From Clostridia bacterium (GTDB lineage Bacteria; Bacillota; Clostridia; JAAYHZ01): a DNA stretch of 64,000 bases. The position numbers were made by a program, and so were the translations under genes. The stretch spans positions 416,001 through 480,000 of the forward strand of contig JBMNIH010000002.1 of NCBI GenBank assembly GCA_050950825.1, written 5' to 3'. Of this stretch, positions 52,186 to 60,649 are shown piece by piece. A model generated the notes under the pieces. That model was given only the letters and a program-made list of their open reading frames with translations, made no database searches and was not told the DNA's origin. How positions within the stretch are numbered: position 1 is the stretch's first letter; the number at the start of each line of letters is the position of its first letter.

Positions 52186-53892
52186 GCTCATTTGAAAAAG
52201 TAAATTCTACCCCCCGAGATACCTAATGTGGAATTTACTTTTTCAAATTCAGAAGTGGAATTTAGTTTTTCAAAAAGGTAAGATGTTTATGGTGGTGCCT
52301 CTTTTGGAGGTACATATGAACAAGAACAAACATTTGACCTTGGAGGATAGGAATACTATTGAACTAAGATTAAAGGAAAGAGAATCCTTCAAAGCTATTG
52401 GACGTGAGCTTGGCAAGGATCCAACTACTATCGCTAAAGAAGTTAAAAACCACCTTCAGTTTAAAAAGACCGGTTGCTATGGAAAAGCCTTTAATGACTG
52501 CCGCATTAGAAAAAACTGTACTGTACGGCATCTTTGTGGCAGCAAAAGGTGCAGACGTTACTGCTGCTTCTGTAACACCCATTTTTGTTCGACACTTTGC
52601 CCTGATTACCGGCAGGAAACATGTCAAAGACTTTCAAAGTCTCCTTATGTCTGCAATGGCTGCGAAGTCAAAACTTCCTGTACGCTGGAAAAAAGAACTT
52701 ACTCTGCACTGCATGCGCAAAGAGAATACGAAGCAGTCCGTTCAGAGTCACGTCAGGGCGTACAACTAACCGAAGAAGATGCGCTGAGACTGGATTCTCT
52801 TATCAGCCCTCTCATTATGAAAGGCCAGTCTCTCCACCACATATGTGTTAGTCATGCAGATGAAATCATGCTCAATGAACGCACTCTCTACAACTATGTG
52901 GACAAAGGCTTCTTTGCAGCCAGAAATATTGATATGCCTCGTGTTGTACGAATGGGAAAACGCAAGAGGAAGAATGAACAGTTCAAGGTGGACAAGAAAT
53001 GCCGGAACGGTCGCGCTTATCAGGATTTCCTTAAATTTATGGAGGAACATCCCGGGCTTCCTGTCGTTGAAATGGATACGGTCGAAGGAAGAAAAGGCGG
53101 CAAAGTGCTGTTGACGCTGCATTTTACCATACCTCAGCTAATGCTCGCATTTATCCGGGATGCCAATACTTCACAGTCCGTTATTGACGTGTTCGATAGG
53201 CTTTACAAAGGACTTAATCCGGATGTATTTCGCAGCTTGTTTCAAGTGCTTCTCGGGGATAATGGTAGTGAATTCTCCAATCCATCTGCCATTGAAATGG
53301 ATTCTCAGGGAAAACAAAGGACCCGAATTTTTTATTGTGACCCTCAGGCGTCATATCAGAAAGGTGCAGCTGAAAACAACCATACGCTGATCAGACGTAT
53401 AATCCCCAAGGGAACATCACTTGACAATTTTACGCAGGAGGACATAACACTTATGATGAATCACATTAATTCCTACAAAAGACTCAATCTCGGTGATAAA
53501 AGCCCTTATGAAGTCTTCTCTTCCCTTTACGGTGAAGAAATCCTAAAAAAGATGGACGTGGAACCTATCGCGTCAGATATGGTCATCCTTCGTCCATCCC
53601 TTCTTAAAAAATAAAACTTTAATAAAGAGGCACCACCTGCCGTAACTTCATAAATACACAATAAACAGGGGTGGAATTTACTCTTGCAAAAAGTGAGCTA
53701 ACATTTCACCCTTTATTTAGTGCACCCTAAAAACGGTTGGTTTTGCGCTCTTTACTCATATTTTATACTATTCATAAGTAAAAGTCACTGAAAATAAACC
53801 TTATTTTATTGCTGGATTAATATTGTTTTCTCCCGGTTTCAGAATCTGTGGAATTTACTTACGCAAAGTGGAATTTAACTTTTCAATTCACC
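52186..53892 (+). mobile_element. IS30-like element B (apparently intact)
   Basis: 25-bp imperfect IRs GCTCATTTGAAAAAGTAAATTCTAC / (rc) GGTGAATTGAAAAGTTAAATTCCAC; 13-bp direct repeat AGATTGCAGTGAT at 52173-52185 and 53893-53905. Confidence 0.92.
52316..53614 (+). CDS. IS30-family transposase with Cys-rich insert, 432 aa
   Basis: HLTLEDR HTH; VEMDTVEG, GDNGSEF, AENNH (DDE); GGAGG RBS. Confidence 0.92.
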   Translation: MNKNKHLTLEDRNTIELRLKERESFKAIGRELGKDPTTIAKEVKNHLQFKKTGCYGKAFNDCRIRKNCTVRHLCGSKRCRRYCCFCNTHFCSTLCPDYRQETCQRLSKSPYVCNGCEVKTSCTLEKRTYSALHAQREYEAVRSESRQGVQLTEEDALRLDSLISPLIMKGQSLHHICVSHADEIMLNERTLYNYVDKGFFAARNIDMPRVVRMGKRKRKNEQFKVDKKCRNGRAYQDFLKFMEEHPGLPVVEMDTVEGRKGGKVLLTLHFTIPQLMLAFIRDANTSQSVIDVFDRLYKGLNPDVFRSLFQVLLGDNGSEFSNPSAIEMDSQGKQRTRIFYCDPQASYQKGAAENNHTLIRRIIPKGTSLDNFTQEDITLMMNHINSYKRLNLGDKSPYEVFSSLYGEEILKKMDVEPIASDMVILRPSLLKK

Positions 53893-54272
53893 AGATTGCA
53901 GTGATTGCTCCTTCAAAAGTAAATGTATAAAAGGAAATAGCAAGATTCCGTTGACTGAAAGGGTAAAAAGACTTCACGTGGCGAAGGAATTTATCCGACA
54001 ACGAGAAAAAGCCATGGAAAGAATACGGAGCGAAGAAGGCTGCATGCTTAGAATAAACAGAAGCATACAGGCGGAAGGATCTTTCGGAACAATAAAGCAG
54101 GACATGGGATTTCGGAGATTTTTGTGCAGAGGTAAGGCGAATGTACTTGCCGAGAGCATACTACTGGCTATGGCTTTTAACGTAAATAAGCTTCACAGTA
54201 AAATTCAAGCCGGACGAACCGGTACACATCTTTTTCAATTTGAAAATAGTGCTTAAGTGAAAACAAATTAAA

Positions 54273-54335
54273 GAAAAAGCCGATTATTACAAAAGGTGTA
54301 TTAAGTGCACCCTTTTTTAGTAATCGGCTTCTTTG
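54273..54335 (+). terminator. Long hairpin after IS1182 transposase
   Basis: AAGCCGATTA...TAATCGGCTT stem with inner AAAAGGTG/CACC-TTTT pairing. Confidence 0.6.
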
Positions 54336-54447
54336 TTGATTAAAATTAATTAAAATTCTTTAAATTCAAGGTAAAATATTGAAAAAGAGGCAGTGCATCA
54401 GAAGTTTAAAAAACCTCTAATGCAACAGCTCCTTTTATTTATCGCCT

Positions 54448-55761
54448 TTATTTTCGATTCGCCCGGGCAACCTTTTCGATGATGGAAGCGGCCAATTCGC
54501 AGTGTTCTTTTTCATATTTTTCGCTAAAGCTGGACCATCGGATAAAGGTTTTCAAAAAGCGATGAGCGTTAGGGCAAGTATTTTCATCGTATACATAATC
54601 AAAGGACGCCGGAGGCTTGCTGAAAGGATAAATCTTTTTCTCCGCTTTGCGTTGCAGAAATTTTAAGGATTCGGGCATTAAATAGTACTTGCCTAATCCG
54701 GCATCGCCGATACCTTCATCGGCTAATCGCTTCACAAATTCCTCGGGTGTACAGAGAAACTTTTCCGGGTCTATTCGAAAGCCGAACATCCAACAGGAAT
54801 ACAGGTCGACATAATCCGGAATTTCCAAAGGGAGTATCCCGTCAATATTACGAATCAAACTTGTCAAATACCTTGCCATTCGATCGATTTTTTCAACGGC
54901 CGGCTTTATGATTTCCAGCTGTGCCAGTGTCATTGCCGCCGTACAGGAAGGCATACGGTAAGCCAGGCCTTGGTCCTGATGGACTCTTCCGAAGCCCGGT
55001 ACCGTTTTGGCGTCTCGGCTGTGGCCCATATATCGTGCTCGGTCCGCAATTTCATCGTCGTTCGTAATGATGCAGCCCCCTGTATCGGAGCCTAAAGTCT
55101 TTTCGGCATCAAAGGAAAAAGCCGCCGCCTTGCCGAAGGTTCCTGCCAATCTTCCTTTATACTTTCCGAATACGGCTTGGCATACGTCCTCGTAAACAAT
55201 AAGCCGGTGTTTTTCCGCAAGCCGAAGAATAGGGTCCATATCGCAGATAATACCCGTTTTATGAACAACAAGAACGGCACGGGTTCTTTCGGTGATGCAT
55301 TTTTCAATGGTTTCTGCGGAGACGTTCACGCTTCCTTCTTCCGTATCGGCAAACACGGGAATGTAATTCTCGTACAAAAGACCCAAAACGGTACCGTAAT
55401 CGGTAACGGGGCTTACGATGATTTCATCGCCCGGTTCAAAACCAAAGGTTGCGGCTAGAACATGAAGTGCCGGCGTACAACCGGGCGTAGCGATGCAGTG
55501 CTTGACACCGTATTCCTTTGCAAATGTTTTTTCAAACCTTGTCGTCATATCCGAAGCCAAACCCGAGTCCACCACTTCCTGCAAATACTTCATTGCATTG
55601 GGTCCTATAATCCGCGGAAATAAGCCGGGCAGTTTTGTATTGAAATCCTTAAATGCATCCGCTCCGAATTTTGCATTTTCCGGTTTTCCCATATCCATCG
55701 GTAATCCTCCTGTCATGTCGTTATGGAAAGTGTACCGGAACACCTTGTGCATTTTTAACAA
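54448..55761 (-). CDS. DegT/DnrJ/EryC1/StrS PLP-dependent aminotransferase
   Basis: GDEIIV, YEDVCQA, FSFDAEKTL (PLP Lys), YRM; true start probably near 55698. Confidence 0.85.
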   Translation of the reverse strand: MLKMHKVFRYTFHNDMTGGLPMDMGKPENAKFGADAFKDFNTKLPGLFPRIIGPNAMKYLQEVVDSGLASDMTTRFEKTFAKEYGVKHCIATPGCTPALHVLAATFGFEPGDEIIVSPVTDYGTVLGLLYENYIPVFADTEEGSVNVSAETIEKCITERTRAVLVVHKTGIICDMDPILRLAEKHRLIVYEDVCQAVFGKYKGRLAGTFGKAAAFSFDAEKTLGSDTGGCIITNDDEIADRARYMGHSRDAKTVPGFGRVHQDQGLAYRMPSCTAAMTLAQLEIIKPAVEKIDRMARYLTSLIRNIDGILPLEIPDYVDLYSCWMFGFRIDPEKFLCTPEEFVKRLADEGIGDAGLGKYYLMPESLKFLQRKAEKKIYPFSKPPASFDYVYDENTCPNAHRFLKTFIRWSSFSEKYEKEHCELAASIIEKVARANRK

Positions 55762-55955
55762 AATTCAAAGGTTTGTTTATACATATGTGATACGTATCTT
55801 TAGAAAACTTGGAAACAGATTATGGCAACGAACTGCAGGATTGGTATTTACTAGTATGAATCATCACATATGTTTAAAATTACCTCATTATTTAATTAAA
55901 AATAATCGATACTCTTTGTTACACTTAAGACACAACCGTATTTCGAAAGGAGGTT

Positions 55956-57788
55956 ATGGATATGTTTAAGAAAATAATGGTGTTTATGACTGTCACTTGT
56001 ATTTTGTTCGCATTCTCCTCGTGCGGCATTGCACCTTCGAGTGAAAAGGAGGAGACAACTTCGGTCACAACAACGACACCCGGTACAACAACCAAGTCTT
56101 CGGAAACCACAAAATCCGCAGGAACAACGACGACAACAAGCACGACAACAACGGTTACTACCGAAGCGAATCCTTTAGGCGAGTTTTATGAAATCTCTTG
56201 GCTGGTTCGCTTTACGCAAAATTACGAAGAAGGCCGATGGGACGAGCTGGAGCTGGAGGAATTGTTTAATGTGGACATCAAGGTTTGGAATATCGACGCC
56301 AATAACGACAATGAAATGATGATGATGTATGCCGCAGGTGATGTTCCGGACTTTTACTGGTGTACAGGGAGAGTAAAGGAAAATTACGAGCAAGGACTCA
56401 ATCGGAGCATTCCGAAGAAAATGATCCGAGAATTTGCGCCGGTATTCTACAATATGGTGGATCAATACGAAGGCGGCTGGAGCAAGCTGGCGATTAACGG
56501 CAACGAAGAAGAGCAATACGGTATCAATCGTATGGACGTATACTTTTTAATGCCCTACACGGTTCCCGTATTTCGACTGGATTGGCTGGAAAATTTAGGG
56601 TTTTCTTTGGACAATTTGGCCTCCATTGATTCGAACAACCGATATTTCATTACGGACCGGCAATTCACTTTTTCCGAGATTAATGAAATTTACAGGGCTT
56701 TAACCGAAGACGATCCCGACGGAAACGGAGAAGACGATACGTACGCCTTGGTGTTTACGCCCAGCCATTGGTTCAATGCCTCTTTAATGTCTTCCTTCGG
56801 ATTTGTGGACGACAGCCGTTATTTGTATTACGACAAAGTAACCGGCAACTATGTTCAATATTTCGCATTCGAAGGCTACAAGAGATATTTAAATTGGGTC
56901 ACAGATCTGTTGGAGAAAGGCTATATCCGTGAGCTGCCGGGCCAAGAGGACTGGTTTAACGAATATTTGGCGGCCAGCGGAACGGGTAAAGTCGGCTGCT
57001 TGGCCGGGATGCTGGACGGATTCAACAGGGTGGATTATGATTTCTTCAGCACGTATCCGCCCAATACGGTCCACGACAGCGATCCCGACGCCCTTTTTGT
57101 GGTCACTCCCCCTCATCAAACGGAGGACGGAACCGGCCGGTATAAAGGGTACGGAGATTCTCCTTTTATAGACGGGTACGCGTATACATTCGGTGCCGGT
57201 GTGGATGACGGAAAAGCGGAACGCATATTGCGAATAATCAACTACATCAACGAAAATCCCGATGTCAAGTTTCGGTTCGACAACGGCATTGAGGGCGTAC
57301 ATTACAAATGGTCGGGGAAACCCTTCAAAAGTCCTTTGATTGTAACACCCATTGATAAAGTACCTCGAAAGTATACCCACGGTGCAAACATGCGTATTTT
57401 CGGTACCGCCGATATCTATTTTGACTTGTATCAAAAGTTTAATTACAGCGCAACCCATATCATGATGTTCGATTACTGGAAAGAAAAGGATCTGTATCGG
57501 TATGCGCTGGTGCCGGATAAATGGATCAGCAGTTTGGATGTACCGGATGAAATATACGACGCGTATTCGGATAAAAGTAATGAAGTTATGTCCGGCATCA
57601 ACTCTTTGGTTTCCGATTTTTATAACCGAGCTTTCAGAGGCCAAATCTCCAATATCGACAACGAATGGCAGCAATACATCGACACTTTATACAATGCAGG
57701 ATATGATGATTTGGTTGAATACTTTAACGATGAAAAATGGCCGATGTTTAAAAACTACATTGCGGATTTTACGGCTACACTGCGCTAA
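55956..57788 (+). CDS. Carbohydrate ABC substrate-binding lipoprotein (LplA-like) with Thr-rich linker
   Basis: Lipobox FSSC, Thr tract, RLDWLENLG, DPDGNGEDDT, GIEGVHY. Confidence 0.85.
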   Translation: MDMFKKIMVFMTVTCILFAFSSCGIAPSSEKEETTSVTTTTPGTTTKSSETTKSAGTTTTTSTTTTVTTEANPLGEFYEISWLVRFTQNYEEGRWDELELEELFNVDIKVWNIDANNDNEMMMMYAAGDVPDFYWCTGRVKENYEQGLNRSIPKKMIREFAPVFYNMVDQYEGGWSKLAINGNEEEQYGINRMDVYFLMPYTVPVFRLDWLENLGFSLDNLASIDSNNRYFITDRQFTFSEINEIYRALTEDDPDGNGEDDTYALVFTPSHWFNASLMSSFGFVDDSRYLYYDKVTGNYVQYFAFEGYKRYLNWVTDLLEKGYIRELPGQEDWFNEYLAASGTGKVGCLAGMLDGFNRVDYDFFSTYPPNTVHDSDPDALFVVTPPHQTEDGTGRYKGYGDSPFIDGYAYTFGAGVDDGKAERILRIINYINENPDVKFRFDNGIEGVHYKWSGKPFKSPLIVTPIDKVPRKYTHGANMRIFGTADIYFDLYQKFNYSATHIMMFDYWKEKDLYRYALVPDKWISSLDVPDEIYDAYSDKSNEVMSGINSLVSDFYNRAFRGQISNIDNEWQQYIDTLYNAGYDDLVEYFNDEKWPMFKNYIADFTATLR

Positions 57789-57825
57789 TAAACAGGTAAA
57801 AAATCAATTGTTCGGTTCTACTTGC

Positions 57826-57857
57826 CGATGCCCTTGCAAAAGGCATCTTTTTTTATG
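57826..57857. terminator. Intrinsic terminator
   Basis: GATGCC-CTTGCAAA-AGGCATC followed by a T-run, between convergent genes. Confidence 0.65.
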
Positions 57858-57869
57858 CTTTTTTGCGAT

Positions 57870-58733
57870 TTATCCTTTGGTGTTAAGCTCCAGATTGTAG
57901 TTCTTCTTATTTTGGATCCGATACTGCATGGGAGAAATTTTCTCGTACTTTTTAAAGAAGATGCTGAAATATTGGCAGGAATTGAATCCGCACAAGTCGG
58001 ATATATAGCCTACGGAATAATCCGTTTCTCTTAACAACCGCTTCGCTTTGTCGATGGTGGCTTTAATGATGTACTCCTTAGGAGACAAACCGGTAACGGC
58101 TTGAAATTTTCGAGAAAAATACTCCCGGCTATATCCGGCCATTCTCGATAATTGATCGACGGTAAGGGTAGGATTGCCGTGTTCTTGGATATATCGGATA
58201 ATGGCCCCGAAATTTTCTTGCTTTATGCTTTCGGGCAATACCGTATCGTTTTTGCTTAAGCTTTTATGTTCCAGCCGATAACTTCGAATAATCCGCACTA
58301 ATGTTATCAAACCCAATGCATGAATCGTTTCCCGGTAGTAATACTTTTCATTGATTGCCTCTTCCACCATTTTCTCCATATAGATACCGATTTGCTCGTC
58401 TTTACAATCCATTCGGCGGGGAAATGCCATCATAACGGTATTCAGCTCGGGATCGTTTATCCGAAATTTAAAATCCAACGTATGAGCACCCTCTTTGGAT
58501 ACGACGGAAAACTTATGCATCTCCTTCGGTTTAAATACGGCCAGTTGCTTTTTTACCAAATCGTAGCACGCACCGCCATGCTCGATTTTTATTCTTCCGG
58601 CAATACAATACATAATGTGGTAGCTGTCTCTATGGTCATGCTCGGGATCCACATGATTTTTACTGTAAAAGCATTTTTCCACTTTCCATACGGTAATCCA
58701 TTCGTTTTTGCTCGTATGCATCCTGCATATCAC
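57870..58733 (-). CDS. AraC-family transcriptional regulator
   Basis: Cupin N-terminus; YFSRKF and CGFNSCQYFSIFFKK...SPMQYR. Confidence 0.92.
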   Translation of the reverse strand: MICRMHTSKNEWITVWKVEKCFYSKNHVDPEHDHRDSYHIMYCIAGRIKIEHGGACYDLVKKQLAVFKPKEMHKFSVVSKEGAHTLDFKFRINDPELNTVMMAFPRRMDCKDEQIGIYMEKMVEEAINEKYYYRETIHALGLITLVRIIRSYRLEHKSLSKNDTVLPESIKQENFGAIIRYIQEHGNPTLTVDQLSRMAGYSREYFSRKFQAVTGLSPKEYIIKATIDKAKRLLRETDYSVGYISDLCGFNSCQYFSIFFKKYEKISPMQYRIQNKKNYNLELNTKG

Positions 58734-58863
58734 CTCCCGAAAATGAACTCAGGTTCATTATAGCATAAAATTACTTTACAGTATAAAGATTACCGGCGAA
58801 CATAGGGATGCAAAAGAAATGAATGCCCGGACAAAAGCCCGGGCGACGTTCGCTTCGGCTTCG

Positions 58864-59616
58864 CTATAGTTTTTCCATAATGAGCTTGACGTTTTTATCC
58901 AGCAGATCGGCAAAGTATTTAATATTTTCGTCGTTAAATCGAAGAGAGGGACCGGATATGCTGACACCGGCAATCACTTGGCCTTTTCGGTCGAAAATGG
59001 CTTTTCCTACGCATTTTATGCCGTATTCGTTTTCCATGTTATCAACGGCATAACCCCTTGAAGCGGTTATCTTAAGCTCCTCCATGAGTTTGTCTTTGTC
59101 GGTAATGGTATTGCTTGTAATTTTTCTTAATCCTTCAGATACGATCTCCGTTATTCTGTCTTCCGGCAAATGGGCCATGATCGCCTTGCCGATAGCGGTA
59201 CTGTACAGCGGCGCTTTCTCGCCGAGTATGGTTTTCGTAGGTACCGTATTTTTCGGATATACCATATCGAGGTACAAAACTTCGTTTTTGTCCGGTATTC
59301 CCAAATACACGATTTCATTTGCCGCTTTGGAGATTTCCTGGAGGTAGGGCATTGCGACCTTCCGAAAATCCATTCCGGAAGTAATTACGTAAGCCAGCTC
59401 CAATATTTTGTTTCCTGGCCGATATTTGTTGTTTTCATTGTTTTTAATAATATACCCCGCTTCTTCAAAAGTGGAAAGTATATTGAAAACATTGCTTTTG
59501 TAAAGCCCCAGCATTTCGCTTATTTCCGTTATTCCGAGCTCCGGCGTTTTTTCCGTGAAACACTCCAGAATCTTTAACGCTTTGTATAACGATTTTACCT
59601 TAATACGATCTTCCAT
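58864..59616 (-). CDS. IclR-family transcriptional regulator
   Basis: VKSLYKALKILE, LYSTAIGKAI, GYAVDNMENE, ISGP; start reset to ATG 59616. Confidence 0.92.
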   Translation of the reverse strand: MEDRIKVKSLYKALKILECFTEKTPELGITEISEMLGLYKSNVFNILSTFEEAGYIIKNNENNKYRPGNKILELAYVITSGMDFRKVAMPYLQEISKAANEIVYLGIPDKNEVLYLDMVYPKNTVPTKTILGEKAPLYSTAIGKAIMAHLPEDRITEIVSEGLRKITSNTITDKDKLMEELKITASRGYAVDNMENEYGIKCVGKAIFDRKGQVIAGVSISGPSLRFNDENIKYFADLLDKNVKLIMEKL

Positions 59617-59632
59617 AACCGTCCTTCCGATT

Positions 59633-60634
59633 TCATGAATGTCTTTCGCATGACAGTATGTCTTCGATTGTACATCTGACGTATGCGATCCTTTCTCTTT
59701 TCCATGTATAGGTAATGGATATTTCGTTTCCTTTGGCAACAATCGAAGGATAGGAGTATTCTCCTTCTTCATCTTCGAGAATACATGTAACGGGCCATGT
59801 CGCTCCGTTATCCCTTGATAAGCTCACTACCAGAGGAGTACGAGGTCCCCAATCCTCGCTTACGGGATTGTATACCAAAGCTACGGTTCCGTCGTCAAGC
59901 TTTACCGCATCGATGCCACTGTTATTATTCGGCAAAGAGGTTTCATATACCTCACCCCACGTCCTTCCTCCGTCCGTCGAATCGCTGCGGCATATCCTTC
60001 CGCAGGTGCTCCTTAGCAGCATATGCACCTTTCCGGGCTCCGATTCCCAAAGCGTGGGCTGGATCACACCCTTGCCGCGAAACTTTTGACGATTGATAGG
60101 AACGAAGGGACTTTTCTCCCATGTATATCCGTCGTCCGCGGAAATATCCGTAAAAGCGTTCCAATCCCCGATTTCGTTGGAGGCCGGGGCAAGCCATACC
60201 CCGTTGTGCAATACGATGGGCTTGTTTTTTACGGGTCCTCTTCCTCCGATATCTCCCGGAACCAACTCCTTCGGTTCGCTCCACCGGATTCCGTTATCCC
60301 GGGAGACCCTATACTTCGTATGCCATAGGCTGTCGTTTTCCCCTACCTTGTAATACAAAATGATTCTTCCGTCGGGGGCCTTAAAAAGAACCGGGTTCCA
60401 ATGGGCAATGCCTTCCTCGTCCGCGAGAACTTGCGGGAAACTCCAATTACCGTCCTTGCGCCTTGCGTACCAAATCGCTGTATCGGGTTTTTTTTCCGCC
60501 GTTCCTCCGAACCAAGCCGCAAGGGTATCTCCGTTGTCCAACTCCACAAGCGTGGAGGCGTGGCAGCTTAAAAACGGTCGGTCGTCCCCAAAAATATATT
60601 CTTTTCTTTCCGTTATTTTACATCCTCTTTTCAT
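59633..60634 (-). CDS. BNR/Asp-box sialidase-family protein
   Basis: Asp-boxes SRDNGIRW, SADDGYTW, STDGGRTW, SRDNGATW; YSYP. Confidence 0.88.
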   Translation of the reverse strand: MKRGCKITERKEYIFGDDRPFLSCHASTLVELDNGDTLAAWFGGTAEKKPDTAIWYARRKDGNWSFPQVLADEEGIAHWNPVLFKAPDGRIILYYKVGENDSLWHTKYRVSRDNGIRWSEPKELVPGDIGGRGPVKNKPIVLHNGVWLAPASNEIGDWNAFTDISADDGYTWEKSPFVPINRQKFRGKGVIQPTLWESEPGKVHMLLRSTCGRICRSDSTDGGRTWGEVYETSLPNNNSGIDAVKLDDGTVALVYNPVSEDWGPRTPLVVSLSRDNGATWPVTCILEDEEGEYSYPSIVAKGNEISITYTWKRERIAYVRCTIEDILSCERHS

Positions 60635-60649
60635 GATTCCCTCCTCGTT

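Larger units (their letters stand above)
50914..54256 (+). pseudogene. IS1182 transposase split in two (50914-52185 and 53906-54256)
   Basis: Removing element B and one repeat copy restores in-frame ...CEDCSDCSFKSKC...RSIQAEGSFGTIK, 540 aa. Confidence 0.88.
50808..54432 (+). mobile_element. IS1182-family element (disrupted by IS30-like element B)
   Basis: IRs GGGGCTGTTGCA / (rc) GGAGCTGTTGCA; DUF772-type N-terminus, DGTKIEA, SKTDHDATFMRMK, DAGY. Exact ends uncertain. Confidence 0.85.

Noticed and set aside
46211-53892. Short repeats as a CRISPR array
   Set aside because: Irregular spacing, mixed orientation, confined to IS ends, and no cas genes.
56050-56165. ACA/ACG-rich tandem repeat
   Set aside because: It encodes an ordinary Thr-rich lipoprotein linker.
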